DNA of 63,316 bases, counting the filler, from Sphacelaria rigidula (Eukaryota): assembly GCA_964200075.2 (NCBI GenBank). It is 4 parts of 4 records of this genome, joined end to end, with 100 filler letters (N's around TTAATTAATTAA, not from the genome) between each part and the next. Parts side by side here need not be neighbours in the genome. Positions count along the whole stretch, not along the records: positions 47,566 to 63,316 come from CAXNAA020001609.1; 3 more parts are not named here. One strand, written 5' to 3'. Shown in pieces: positions 49,541 to 63,316 of this stretch. Under the pieces are notes generated by a model. The model searched no databases, was not told the DNA's origin, and saw only the letters and a list, made by a program, of their open reading frames with translations. Positions within the stretch are counted from its first letter, which is position 1, and each line of letters opens with the position of its first letter. A program made the translations under genes and the position numbers.

Positions 49541-52500
49541 TAGTGTGCAGATGGATGGATGGTCCTAGCTTGTGAGACAGAGGAAGTATATGTCACGAGA
49601 CATCCTCACAGCGTCACTAGTGTACTTTTTGGCTTGCTGTTCGGTCTACATTTGGGGTGCATGTTTGCGTAAGCAGCTCTGGAGAAACGTGCATACGGTG
49701 GTTTGAGTTTGATTGGTGAGTGAAGGGTATAAGACAGATCAATACAACAAGAAGATGATGAGAGTCTCAGAAAGCGCTTCTTTGTCATTTCAGATTGCAA
49801 GTATCCCAGGATCATCAGAGTTCAGCATAAAAAAACATCCCATGAAAAATGTAACCCCTTCGGGGTTGAAGCTCAGTAACAAGAGGTTCACCATATATTA
49901 CTGAAACGATCATGAATACGTCCGGGAGCGACCTGCCCAATCAAGACGAGGCAGAATTCATCGACCGCATCCGAACGATCAGTGGGGGGGGCTGTCGCCG
50001 GGAGTGGTATCACTGCCAAGTTGGTGTGTGTACCCTGTTCCTGGCCCACAAAAAATCCTTCGGAGCAAAAGAAGGCCGCGATCGTCGGGGCTCGCTTTCC
50101 CGTTTTTGTAATCATTCACTTGCATTTTACGTAGGTCCGATCCCCACTCCCCCGATTTTTTTTGGGTCACCATCATATAGTCGTAGTTATTACACTAACA
50201 CAGGGTGTTCGGGGGAAACTCGGGGTATAGATAACAGTGAATCCTGGAAAATGGGGTTGATTCCTAAAATGATATTCAAGTGGCATATCTTTTTTGCAGG
50301 GATGACACGAAACAGTTACACAAAGCGAAACCATATTTCCCCGAAGAGTCTGCAGCAGTGAAGCAGTTGTGGCTAGGTGCACCGAACGATTGCGGTGTAC
50401 ACGCGTGTCGGTGACGGTACCACCAGAGAGAGAAGCAACGACAGAGAGGAAGCTCTTCGCCCGTGTCCTTTGTGTGTCCTCGCTCGGCGATTGCCAATCG
50501 CTCGAGAGACTGGCGTCATGCACGTTACCAGCATATACCCAGCTTCTCATGTGCCGGTAGGCATGTTATTGTATTGCTGCGCACAGCCCCCCAAAGAACA
50601 TCGAGGTGCGGAGGGATCTCGTCTCTTCTTTCTGTGGAGCTCACCAATGCGAAGATCGATTTCTCTCTGTCTCTTTCTTTGTACAGGACGCACTTCTGTG
50701 CGCTGAAAAACATGTTGAAAAATAGGGCAATGTTTCCGTCACCGATACTGTTCTCTGTCACACACATGCCAGCAAGGACGATGCTGCGGCAATGACATAT
50801 CCAATTTGAACTTGGGGGATGTTATTCATCGTTGATTTACCCCGACATGTGACCATCTGGGTGCCCGACCACAAGAGCGTACCACAAGCCAGTTGGGGGG
50901 GGGTGTATGCGAGATCAAACACTTGTGGAGACCTCCTTGACATGCGGAGTGAAAAAATATACCTATGGTGGTGATCTAACTGTTACTAGCGTGGTGCAGA
51001 GGGGTGCGTCCGTGCTGCAATCTGGAGCACACACTGGCTGCGTGAAAACCTCGGTACAGTAGCATTGCAGAATCAATTCCGATGTGAGGAGGTCATGCAT
51101 TACAAGCTGGGGCGAGATATGACCCCACGAGGGACAAAAGTGCTCTATGATCAACCACTTGTCCTTGCATTTGACATCCACGCCATCAACTGCCGACCGT
51201 AAAGGTCTTGTGGCTTTCAAGCAACGCTGGCGGCAGTACGGCAGGCAAACCCGATCATAGCTAGCTTCCGTTGCTCTACTGTACTGACTGCCGTCTGCAG
51301 GGAGGTCACCCACCGTAACAACATGAATGCACCGAATTTGGCAACAGTTGTAAAAACGAAACAATTCGATTTTCCCAACTACGTCCACATGATTAAGAGG
51401 ACTCTCAAGACCTGATGAAAAGTGCCCGCTTTGGGTCCGGCCAAACGTGCGAAGATACTGTCGAGCAGCAATAATACCAAACTTTGCTGGCATTGATATA
51501 CGGCAACCAGTACAGAACTGAACAGAAATCGATAGTTTAACGTTTTCATTAGAAAGCAATGCGCATGAAACGGTTTGCAGGTGGGAAAGCGCGGATTTTC
51601 ATAGAGGAGAAATTCTCTGTTCCCCCGTGAATGTTACATGCGCTTGCAAAAACTCTGTCGTCGATCTTCCATACCTGGCGGGGAGACGAGGAAGCCACAC
51701 TTTCTCAGGTCTTGAGAGTCCTTTCAATCATGTGGACGTAGTTGAGAAAATCGAACTGTTCCGTTTTCGCAGCTGTTGCCAGATTCGATGCATGCATGTT
51801 GTTACGGTGGGTGACCTCAACCTCATGGGGGGGGGGGGGGGGGGGGATGAACTCATGATCTTGCATGTCGTAGTCTCAAGACCATTGACCTCGCATCCCA
51901 ACAGGTGAGTGCCATGATTTCGTACTGTGTTTCCCAGCATGACACGCATCTGCCTAGACTGACGCTAGCTACGAGCCGTAGTGTTTGATGGCATATGGCA
52001 CGTCCAAATATTTTTAAGTTATGGGGTACACGGTATTTTCCGGTATTGGGAGAGCCCGCGTCCATATATGTTTAAGTTTTGGTGTACAGGATATTTTCTC
52101 TGGTATTGGGAGAGCCTGATTGAGCCTTGAATGCATTAAACGTATCTATGGGCATATGGCCTAGTCCTCGAGAATGTTCCAGCTATGAGTGCAGGTGTGA
52201 CATTTTGATATTGGATGCACCTACTTAGTATGTGACGGGGAGAGGGTGTTTTGTTCGGATGTCTGAGTTTCTCCCCTGAACCGTTTTTGAGAGCTCGATT
52301 GCGGATATTCTAGTTCAGGGAGGGTGTTAATATGAATGGAGAAATCAGTAGAGTCCAAGGTACTGGACACATTATACCATACGGAAGATTTTATGTTTTA
52401 TGATTTGACTGCTACATGCGGCGGGATTTAATATCGCTGTCGGCGTGTCAAGGACGGGAGTACGTAAGTGGGTTGGTGCTTAATGGATAGTCACCCTCAC

Positions 52501-54909
52501 TTGCTCACTTCTCCCATTTGACAGTCTGACAACAATACTAGCATTTTACCCAAACCTTATCGAATGCCAGCCGTGTCCTCTGATCGACTTTCACAGTAGC
52601 GCCATCGAACTGATCCATTGGATCATAGACTACGCGAAGCAAAGACACGTTCTACGATAGCCCTCCTCCCAAAAGTGCCTGGTTTGGGGAGGCAAAAGTA
52701 TTCACGTAAATCGAAATCGAAAAAGCCGAGCACAATGAGCAGCTGGGAATTCCCACGCTTGGGTTCGTTTTTGCCGATGTCGCTCTTATGAGGCGCTTCA
52801 TGCAGCCTGAATCCATACATCAGGTGCTGTATGATTCTTGTTTTCATGACACGTTTGGGCTGGTTTTGGGGGAGGGGGCAGCAGCAGGTGATGTTGCACG
52901 GATGTCGACCTCCTTCATGCCCGCATTACGACTATTATTTCTGGGATGTTTTATTCAATGACTACTGCCCCGATCCCTGCTCCGACCCCTGCTGTGACCT
53001 GTAAGGTCCGAGGGAAACTAGACGACGAAGAAAGGAGACAGAAAGCATGGCCTACAGAAGACTACATTACCAAACACTTGTATATCAACTTACACTGAGT
53101 ATTTATCTATATGTTGCGCGACATATTTGAAGGACGCGAACGCCTACCGCAAGTACTGTACGCCTTGTACATGAGTGCCGCGAAAGGGGTAATCTGCATA
53201 CAAAGTTATGCCTGTCTGTGTAGATTTTGTTTAGTACGATGTACCCGCGTACGGCAGGACGTCTAAATACGTCAACGCCCGTATGAGTATGTGTGTTTTC
53301 AGACGGGAACGCCAAACTGGTACACAACTGTGGCTGACAGCCGCAAGTGGTTGACAGCCGCAAGTGCTGTCTTTATACTGAGGCTTTGGTCGTTGCCTTC
53401 GTCGCCCTCCTTTACGTTATCGGCAAGAAGAGGTGCCGTGGGACACGAAGGGCAAAGGGCGAAGCAGGAAAGGAGGCAAGACTGAGCATGATGTCTAGAA
53501 AAAAAAAAGAAGAGTTACATGAAGACCATAAAGATCGGTCCATGTATCGCTAGAACGGTCAGGAGAAACATATTTGGAGAACGATGTAGTTGAGGTCTGT
53601 ACTATGCTCAATAGCGAGTGCTCGTTTTCTAGCGTAGGACAACTATTCGTGAGAGACGTGCACTCTCAGCCAATCGAAAACAGTAAAACCTGCGAGTGGG
53701 CATGTCTACACTTGCAGCTGAGATAACCTCTACACCGTAACTATTCGACCGTAACCTCTTCGGAGGCTCGTAACCTATCGGAAATATAAGGGTTTAGTTC
53801 TGTGTGGATACACGGCTTCGCTGTCCGTAGGCAAGCTTCGTTGTCGATATATAGGCTTCACTCTCTCGAGGACAGGGAGTCGCAGAGGATGCACGGTAGT
53901 CGTTTTACCTCTCTTGCGCTGTGCGTCAGCAGATGTCAAGGGTCGATGTTGTTCACACGCGTGAATTTGGCCAAGGCAGAATTAAACATGCAGTCGCTTC
54001 TAAAAGTGAAGAACTGAAGGTGGGTAGGAAAAGTGTCAGCTATGGGGGAGATCAAGAAATCGTCGAACCCACGCTGACATTTTCCATGGACAAAAAACAA
54101 TTCACACGTACGTCAAAACTCACTGTATCTTTTACTTCAACCTCCTGGTGACAAATTAGCGTTACTAGCCCTGACTTAGACTTTCTACAAGTTACTTTTC
54201 CTATTTGCTTTGCTACAACATCCGAGTCACGGCACGTTGCCTATCTTAATACCCTGCACTATACCTTCCTAAACTAAACTGTAGATTGAAACGGTTACAT
54301 CTAACCATCAAAATAAGCTGTACAGCTATATGCTATGACCGACATTGCATACCAAAATATAGATAGTTTCATCAACACCTTTTACGGATACGTAGTGACT
54401 GACAATCAGCAATGCACGTGTAGACCGTACTATCTTCTGCTTCCCCTCTTGGCGTCTCTTCGGTGACTCAAGATTTCCGGTGGGTGCCGCGGTCGTGTTC
54501 TTGCTCATCCGCGCGGCCATTTCAAGGAAGTGTTGGTTGTTCGCACACAAGTCGTTGGTACGCCAAACCGGAATAAAGGGCACTGACGATATGCGTGGGA
54601 CGCCCGGGCGTAAATGTACATAATTGAAATAACATAACCTCAAAGCACCACAATACACAATCACCCAGGGTATCAACAAACCACTTCTGCGGGCGGTTTG
54701 AGTTATGGGTATGAGTGGTATGCTCCTTGCACTCTGTGATCGCGGATTCGAGAGATCGAGCTCATGTGACGGATATAATAATAACAACAAAATAAAAATG
54801 TGCTCGACCTCATCCAGTCCCCCCCTCCCCCTGACTCCCTTTCCTCTCTCTGGTCTTCTTCGGTATATCTTCAGCACGCGATAGCAAACCACCCCGCTTC
54901 ACCGATGGG

Positions 54910-57900
54910 CTAGTTGAACCTCCCGTGTTGGCTTTCCCGGTGCAGGTGTTCCAGGAATGACACTACCTGTCCCATGTTCGGCCGCTCGTCTGGGTTGGTT
55001 GCTGTCAGTCCTCGAAGTAGTGTGATGATCTGAAATGGCGAGTGTGCGCACAAGAACCGGTCGGATGATCATTGTTGGGTTGCATTTAATGTCTGGCCAT
55101 TACAGCGCAAACTATTCGTCGCCTTAGGCAGAGCACGGCTGGCGGGGAACCCACATGATCCTACGAACCTCGATCAAGACCCGAACATACACTATTCCGG
55201 ACGCCCTGTAAAGCACAGCAGCTACGTTGTCATCGTCGTGTCCAAGAATGGAGAGGGTTTGAGGAATTGGAAAAGCGCCACCTCAAGCGACATCGTCCCA
55301 CCAAAAGCTTGGAGGACATGACATCTTCAGTATTGACTGTCTCAGTACACATGTATGTGGCGGTTTAAATAGTTTTCTTTTTGTTTTCGTCACCCGTCCA
55401 GTCCTCCCCCTTCCTCGGAATGAATCCCTGGTCTCAAGGGACCAACCGATCTCTCCCCCGGTACACGCCTCCCACTGTGGTCTCGCGAGTCGAATCAGCA
55501 TTTCCGCCCCGCGTCAACTCTCACGGGTTAGGGTTAGGGTAAAAAACCTCATTTGAGCTGTTTTTGCTATTCACGTTTCAACGTTTTCAATAGCAGAGAT
55601 CAGGCACATAAAACAAAGATCCAACGGCACCTGGCGGGAATCGACGCCGTGCTCTCTCCGCCGACTTTCTCGGAATTGTTGGTAAAACGGTTTACATGGA
55701 ATGAACAGCACAAAAATGTGTGGTATTGATGCCAGCAGCATCGTTTAGCGATAATTAACGATGGAATCTTCATGCACAAAGTGCGGATATTTTTTCGTAG
55801 AGGCGAGCAGTAACCAAATTTCTTCCCCAACAAGTTGACACATTGCATGCTATCGACCATGCCGTTTCAATCACCTCGTCTTTCACCGCAGCTGGAAAGC
55901 GGTCGTTCAAGTTGTCCGACTGGAGGACAATTCGCTCGAAAGTACCGTCTCGCGTGTTTCGTTCCATGATCTCGCGCTGCCCGATTCAGGCAAAAGGGAT
56001 AACGGGAACAGGTTCGAAGGTTTTTATTGTTGACGTCATGCAGAGGCAGGGATCTCTTCATATAATCACAGCATCAACTGCCCTCCCTGTTAGCGTTGCC
56101 TATCGAAGTTTTCGAAGAATATGAGCTACCGTGTGCATATTGCTGAGCGTGGGTACCTCCGAACCAGGGGTTTCTGCCGAACATAATTTACCGCGTTTTG
56201 TCTCAGCAAATTCATTCACCACTATGTCGAGGAACGGATAACGGCCCAAGATACCCCCCCCCCCCCTACCGTAGCATCACTTAGTGAAAGAAAAGGTATC
56301 CTCCGTGCATAGAAGGTACGCCACTGGGCTCGAAAGGGATGATATGGACTGATTTGTTTGTTGTCGCACAGAAGCAGATCCGCTAGGGACCCTGTCGTGG
56401 TCACATTATACACGTACACAGTGAAAAAACAACGTGAACACTTGCCACATAAAACTCGGCAAAGGGAAAATAACAACATAGTATCATCGAAATTGAAGAA
56501 TGAGAACCCGCAGGATTAAGACCATCGTATCCACGCCAAATCTTCGAAATATGGTCTCACTTCTTCACCAACTGGTAGCGATTGACACGTAATGCACGTC
56601 ATACAAATTTGGATGTCGATAACCGAAATGTTGGGGTCCTAGGTGACAACCAATTTAGGGGAATTTTGGCGACCCGATCGGATCAACCAAATTCCCCCAG
56701 AATATTTCTCATCTAGGGCCCCAACGTTTCAGTTACCGAAATCCAAATTTGTAGGGCGTGTAGCAGTTGTCAATAGCTACCAGTGGGTGAACGGATGGAA
56801 CCATATCTCGAAGAACTGGTGTGCATGCGAAGATTTTAATTTTCCGGGGTCTCATCCTCATGAAGAGCTTCATCCTCAAATTTGATGATCGGCTGTAGAA
56901 TAAACAAAGGAATGGAACAAACGCGGGAAACCGAACAAAACACAGAGACAGAACAAATCGAACCCCGAGAAACGAGAGGAAATGAAAGGAAAGGCACGAG
57001 GAAATCTGGTCCCGGTGGAAAGAATGGGCAGAAAACGGCCGCCCCCCATGGCACAGCTTCAGGTGAGAAACGCCACGCACAACAAAACAAGCCAGCACAC
57101 ACAGACAGATGACAGATGATACAAAACGGAAATACCGTGGAAGCAGATTGCGGATCTGCTGTAAAGGAAACACACTATTCGGGCATGAATCTGACACGAG
57201 TGGCTTCAGGGTATGGGTGCATTTTCTCGTCCAAACGTTCCCTAAGGCTGCACACTTATAGGCCGAGATCCTCGTCATCGAGAGGTCCCTCAAGTACGGA
57301 GCCTCGGAACACAAGCGTGTACAAGACTTTGCAGGGAGACGACAGAAGCATGATCAGTGACTGTAAAAATCTCAATTTAAAATGAAAAAATAAGCGAAGA
57401 GGCATCGACAGAAATCGGAGAGGATGATAAAAACAAGGAACGAAATGGGAATCAAAGACAAGAGCACGACATGCAAGGAAGCACAGCTAGAAACATGGCA
57501 AAGGTTAGAGGCCAAGGGATTAAGCCAACAACCGACAAGGTAGGAGAGGGCTATTATAACAGCTTCCGAATTACTCACGCCTTCCCCACCCACCCCCAGT
57601 CGAGTGCAAGGCGGATCACTCTCTCGACCACTTGGTTTAGTCCCAATATCGCCGACATCGCCATCTATCAAGGGGTCGAAGCTCATAGGGCACGCATATA
57701 TGATGATGTCCACTCACCAGGAACAAAGTGTACTCGGGCGACGTGCCGTCCCCTCCGAATCCGTGAAGTCTTGCTCTGTCCTCCGCTCTCAAGGTGGACT
57801 GCCAACAGTTTCATCCATCACAACCAACGAATATCGGGTTCGGTTTCTCGAGTCAATGGTTATCATTTTTCATTCACCTATGGAAGAACCCCATTATTAT

Positions 57901-60900
57901 GCGAGTCTGATTGAGCATCGGATTTTGATGCGAGACGGTTCGCCGGCGGTAACCCCTGCTTATCTGCAAAAAAGGAAAAAACTCCTGTGTTGACCTTCCT
58001 CCTGTGTGACCCCGGCTGATGCGCCCACATACACCGACAGGTGTAGACTGGTGCCCAGAATAAATGGGACGACAACACACACACACACAATCTGCAGAAC
58101 GACCGCGTGAAAACTCGCGCGTAGATTCGATTGGACACACATCTTTGGTGCAATGCACTGCGTGCGATCCGTGCCACATTGCTTCGCACAAAATGTGTGG
58201 GGGAGCGCGGATATCTGTCGGTATCCAGTCCATTTCGGATTAAATGCCTTTCACAATGTGCCGTTCTCCGGCTTCACGCGCTACATTCGGAATCGGTTCC
58301 ACTCGTGGAAACACCTGCGGCGGCGTAGATCCCCCCTCCCATGCTGCATCGAGTGTTGCAACGGCAGGGGTGCACATGTATATATTCCCTGAGGTTGGAG
58401 TTATTTGATGCTCTCAGCCTCATCCAAAAAAAGACTTATCCCGGAATATGTGAGAGCAGGCCGTGATTAGCATTCCGTCGGGCTAGGGATATCCCGGATG
58501 AATTTGAAAGCGGGAATGTCCTGATCCATATTTTTGGGTAGCTCCTAATTCGAGGAGGCCCTCTATTAATAAGATATGGGCCCAAATGTGCAACCCCTAT
58601 ACTGTAGAATCACTCCATAAGACAACCCTGATCATTTTACCATTGTCTACGGTCGGAATACCCCCATCCATCTTACCGAGTGGCAGAGCATGGGTGCCTC
58701 CATGAAGTCGCGTCTGCACAGCATCATGAGCAGCATCATGCCAAAAGAGTATACATCCTGGCTGGGAAGGCAGACCCCTTGCGAGGCTGATTCGGGTGCG
58801 GAGAAACCTGGGGTGACGAAGCCCACGTGACGCCGTTCTCCTGTGGCTGAAAATGAAGCATGCGAAGATCGAGCAAGGGAAAACGTAGATGTTGGGAAGG
58901 TCCAGCAAGGTTCAATGCACGCGTCCCAGGGCACCGAGCACGCGTGTTCCTTTGTCGTCTCACGAATGCATGGTGCGGTGCGAGTGGGATACGAAACAGT
59001 CGACCCGGAAACAGCAGGCACGCCGCGATCAGAGGGTGGGCAGTGTTGTTCGTCGCTACTACTCGCCGGTGAGTGTGAGCAATCTTCGTCGTGGCAAATC
59101 GCCACACGCCCGCAACATGGACAGATCAACCATACAATGGCGATTAAGGCGTAGCAAGTTTTTGTAGTGATACGGGACACGTCATGCAGACTAATGATTG
59201 TCCCTTTCGTCATTAGCCCTTTCCTTGTCTACTGTACTTCTTGCGGCAGCGCTTGACTGTGGGTTTTGCTCACTAGGAAATACGTATTTATGAATTATAT
59301 ATTTTCGCAGTAGTCGGACTCACCTAGTTTGTTTTGCTCTACACCTGTTACATGCAGGAGCAACACCGTTCGCATGCAGTAGCACGGCATTGCGGTACTG
59401 TAATGCGTATGAGGACCGCGTGCTTAAAGGATGGCGTTGGGATTGACACATCCCTATGATTAACTTCAGTAGTGGGGTTAGTGTTGGGGTTAGGGTCGGA
59501 GGTCTGACTCGATTCAGGGATTGGTCCGATTCAGGGACTGGCCCGATTGGTTTTGGAAAACGTCGATCCTGAGGATTCGAACTATGATGCGGTCCTCTGA
59601 GCACGCGTCCTCCCACGCATGACAGGTGAACCCCAGCATGATGAATTGACCACACTCAAGGCCACACGCCAACACAGAATCGACAGGTTTTTGAAAAATA
59701 TATCGTGATACTCGTATTTAACAACTGTTTGGAATAGCATCGAGCATATAAATACCTAACTACTGTAATGCGTGGGAGGACCGCGTGCTTTTTGGACAAC
59801 ATGGGAGCTTAAACACCCCTGTGGTTAGAGGTAGAGTTAGAGTTAGGGTTGGTGTTACGATTAGGGTCAGGTACGCAGTCCCTTCAGGGACCGGCCGGCG
59901 GGGACCGGCCGGCGGGGTCTTGAAAAACGTGGATCCTAGTGTAATGCGTGAGAGGACCGCCGGCTTAGAGGACCACGCCGTAGTTCAAAACACCTCAGGA
60001 TCGACGTTTTTCAAAACCAATCGGGCCAGTCTCTGCAGGTACCACGCCCCTGACGAAAACCGTAACACTAACCCTAACCCTAACCCTAACCATAAGGGTC
60101 TTCAAATTCGTATGCGATCCTCTAAGCACGCGGTTCTCTCACGCATTACACCCAGGGTATATTCAAATTCCGATGCGGTCCACGAAGCACGCGGTCCTCC
60201 CATCCGTTACACTACGTTCCTCGATACTTTAGTATCGTCACGGTCAGGTGGGATGCCGATAATGAGAACCATATCCAAACGAGCGGGAACTTGATCATCG
60301 CAGGCGACGACTCGGACCGGAGGTAAGAACACAGCGCGGATTTGTCGCAGCACTCTGCACTTATCGATGATTCTGACTCGGGCACGAACAAGAGAACAAC
60401 TACCGGAGTGATAGCTCTCAACACCGCTCTTACCCAGCGTCATCCCGAAGTCTGCGATCTTCGCCGTGCGACCAAAGATTAATATGTTCTCCAGCTTGAT
60501 ATCGCGGTGCACCAGGTCATGACGATGCATGTGCTGCAGCCCGCGTGCGACGTCGAGCGCGATCCTGCACAAGCGGGTAGGAACGCTCTGATGAGACGAT
60601 TAGGTGATGTGCCAGAAATCGCGTTGTTACTCGAGCCTGCCACGCTTCCGGTCTAAAATCACCACTAACTAGAATGCTACACCGAAGGTGTGTGCCGGCC
60701 AAGCCACAGAGCGCGTAGTCCGGCCGAACGTGAGAGCTCTCCGACGAACTCTATCACCAGCAGTAAATAGTACTATGACGGAGCAACAACACGCCTACAA
60801 AGTGAAAGGTAAGGCAGGTCCTGACTGAAACAGATGCACCAATTTTTCTCAAAAGCGCCATTGAAAACAATTTTTATCCTGGGCGACCACTTTGGATCTC

Positions 60901-63154
60901 GTGGAGAACATTTTTATCGAAGCCCGGATCTGCCCACAGGCTAAAAAATGCCGCGCTCATCAAGGCGGTCGCTGGTCCAACATCTCTCTACCGATACAGA
61001 AAACACGCGCAATAAGGCAACACAGCACCAACACCGAGCCCCGAAAAAACACGCACAGGCAATCATCACTCACGCGTATAGCTCCAGCGCTAGCCCTTGC
61101 TCGACTACACGCGGCGGGCTTTGTTTGACGGCAGTTCCTTCGGTATTTTACGAAGGGCGACAGCGTGAGTGTGTCAAACTACAATAGAAAACCCGCCACT
61201 CCTGATCATTTTATTTGTGTGTGCTGTGCGCACATCTTGCTTACACACTTCCTCGTTCCTCATAAGAGAGTTTCGGAAAATGCATTTTCGTCATTTCAGG
61301 GTGCAAATATGTCAGGATCAGAATGTAGCGAGAGATTACTCCCCCATCCATCAAATGTGGTATTCCCTTAACTTTTTTTCAATAATATATATATATATAT
61401 ATTCTATTCTGCCCTCTGATCCTGAGATTTTTGCCCTCTGAAATGATAAAAAGCGTTTCCCGAACTCTCCATTGTATGTTGAACAGGTTCGAGCAAGGTC
61501 TCGCACGTCATGATGCTAAGCTGGTGCGCAGCTGCAGCTTGAGCCGTGTTCTTTCGGTTTGCAGGGGCAACGACTTCCTCAGGTTCCCGTCGGGTTGTAT
61601 TGGGTTGTGTGTCAAGCCTTTGTATGTGCCCCTGTGAAGGGGACATCCATGTTCCTCTTCGGGTTACTGAAAAAAAAAAATGGTATTGCTGTGAAAACGA
61701 TGTCAGAAAGTCTTCTTCAATTCCAGATATTGTTTTATTTGGAAAATTCGTTTCAAGGGGTTGTATCGCAGCGACCAGTTACCCGTTGGCTCGAGAAATA
61801 TATTGAAAAAACCATGACCCTTTTGCGACAAGAGCGGACCTAAACTATCAGCAAGCACAATTGGTACGCAGGATTCGTTATTCTAAATCATCGCTCACTG
61901 GATTGTGGAGGACACCGTAGTCGGACCGTTCGGCTGCTGCGGTGTGTAGTCTTGGCGGTCAACGAGCCAAGTGAACAGATCGTGGTCTCCGCGCTCCATT
62001 AGAATTTGCCTCGTGGCGTCGTCCTCCACGTCGTTAATCGCCAAGAATTTGACGATGTTGGGGTGGAAGTCCATGCTGTTCAACAACGAAAGGCGGGCGT
62101 TGCAGATGATGGCGGCTGCATTGCTCTCTTGTACATACCTGTTGGCATGTCCATAGTGATTGGAGCACCATTGGTTGGTAAGTACGGTATCGAACCAAAC
62201 GCTTCTTTAGACTTACCGAAGAGCCGCTACCATCTCCAATAGTGCGAGCTGTTGGCCGCCTTCAGTGCCCGCCATTGCCTGTTCGTCCCGAGCAAGAGTC
62301 CGGCCGGGGCACATCGAGGCAATACATCAGCGTGTAACACGGGGGATTGTCTCTTGAATGTATATGCGGGGAAATGTTGCCACCACTTGGCTACATACGA
62401 TTCATACCGAGCGATAGCCTCATCTACGCTACACACTCGTGTTCCACTGTAGCTAAAAAATGTGAACACCGAAGTCCGACGGCGCTCGAGCTGTCAACCC
62501 CTGTGTCAACCCGTCCTCATCTTCTCCCTACCTCTTCACTCCTACTGCTTTGTAGTTATCACTGTGAAGCTTCGAGTATGCACAGGAAAGCCAGCCTACG
62601 GGCGGGCTAATAGTTTTCCCGAGCACAACGAGTGCACAATTGCCAGAGGTAGTACTTCGAAGCACACTGGCATAGCACACGGGGTAAGTTTGTTACTCAG
62701 AAATAAGGTCACCAAAAGACCTGGATTGCTGCGTGTCATCGTTGTTGGTGTCCGCTTCGTGCAATTGCGCTCGTCTATCGTGGCCACCACTGTACTACGC
62801 GCTAGTTACCACAGTGAGTGAAAAAATGGCTGTGATTAGCAAGATCTGCTCGTGTGCTTGCGCGTCATCAATTCGATATATGCTCGCCTCGCTCAGGACC
62901 TTCAAGGCCAACGGCGCGCTGTTTGCCGAGAGACGTGTGTGGTACACGACCGAGAAACCACCTCGTCCTATCTCCGTGCCCCTATTCCTAAGGAACGTGC
63001 CATCCTTCAGTCTGTCCGCAACGTCGTCCATGTTTCCTTTGCCCGCTGCTGCCCACTTGAGCCACAGCACGCGTCGAAGGCTTCCGGGCGCTACAGTCCG
63101 TGCCTCAGCCCTTACACCAATAACAGGCGACGGTCGGCGTTCCCGGCTGTGCAT
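54910..63154 (-). CDS. Ser/Thr protein kinase (exons 63154-62900, 62278-62217, 62138-61916, 60587-60434, 58846-58677, unresolved exon(s), 55029-54910)
   Basis: In-phase exons give IGRGGFSVVY, LALK, LLEMVAAL, HPNIVKF, HRDIKLENIL, IADFG, TPGFSAPE, DVYSFGM and NPDERP. The subdomain X exon and the true start are uncertain. Confidence 0.88.
57968..58089 (+). mobile_element. 5'-truncated copy of the SINE at 8582-8935
   Basis: GTGACCCCGGCTG...CCAGAATAAATGGGAC plus a CA tail is the reverse complement of about 8585-8690. Confidence 0.75.
59399..60211. mobile_element. Three copies of a ~220-bp TG..CA TIR element (59399-59624; 59764-60211; 59940-60150 nested and inverted)
   Basis: TIR TGTAATGCGTGRGAGGACCGCGTGCTT, internal TTAGGG-like repeats, and CTAC duplicated around copy 2. 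Confidence 0.8.
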
Positions 63155-63316
63155 CTGAGGTTCTCAGTTCACGATCATAGAGAGAACGTGCAAGAGGAGC
63201 GAAAACATAGGGAGGGGGTGTACTCATGATCACGTATGCCACAGTCATAAGACCATTGACGTCGCATCCCTACAAAGCCGGGATGGAGCACAAACAGAGG
63301 GAGGGGGGGGGGGGGG

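Noticed and set aside
55600-57900. Fragmentary frames in the kinase intron
   Set aside because: Many stops and no diagnostic motifs; probably old TE debris that I cannot assign.
60060-60092. CCCTAA repeats as a telomere
   Set aside because: Short and internal to a MITE within a kinase intron.

Overview
Eukaryotic, intron-rich and repeat-rich DNA, most consistent with a brown alga (Phaeophyceae); the taxon is inferred from gene and repeat style. The window is not one locus. It is four contigs of 15759, 15754, 15752 and 15751 bp joined by 100-bp N-TTAATTAATTAA-N linkers, which looks like a length-sorted concatenation. Contig 1: a JmjN (KDM5/JARID-type) first exon head-to-head with a putative plastid-targeted gene whose introns hold MITEs, a tRNA-derived SINE and decayed repeats. 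Contig 2: a multi-exon chaperonin-like BBS10 gene convergent with a cAMP-receptor/Git3-like GPCR that has a very long third intracellular loop. Contig 3: entirely repetitive, with three related decayed Ty3/Gypsy elements (WVDD reverse transcriptase in the two whose pol is present), a LINE fragment, and a 3.2-kb higher-order array of hairpins built from a 120-bp unit. Contig 4: LINE and Tc1/mariner relics and a multi-exon Ser/Thr kinase with nested TG..CA MITEs in an intron. The two most unusual signals are the tandem hairpin array (33523-36750) and perfect palindromes, instead of a tRNA primer-binding site, abutting the 5' LTR of two different Gypsy families. All calls were made by eye; no database searches were run.
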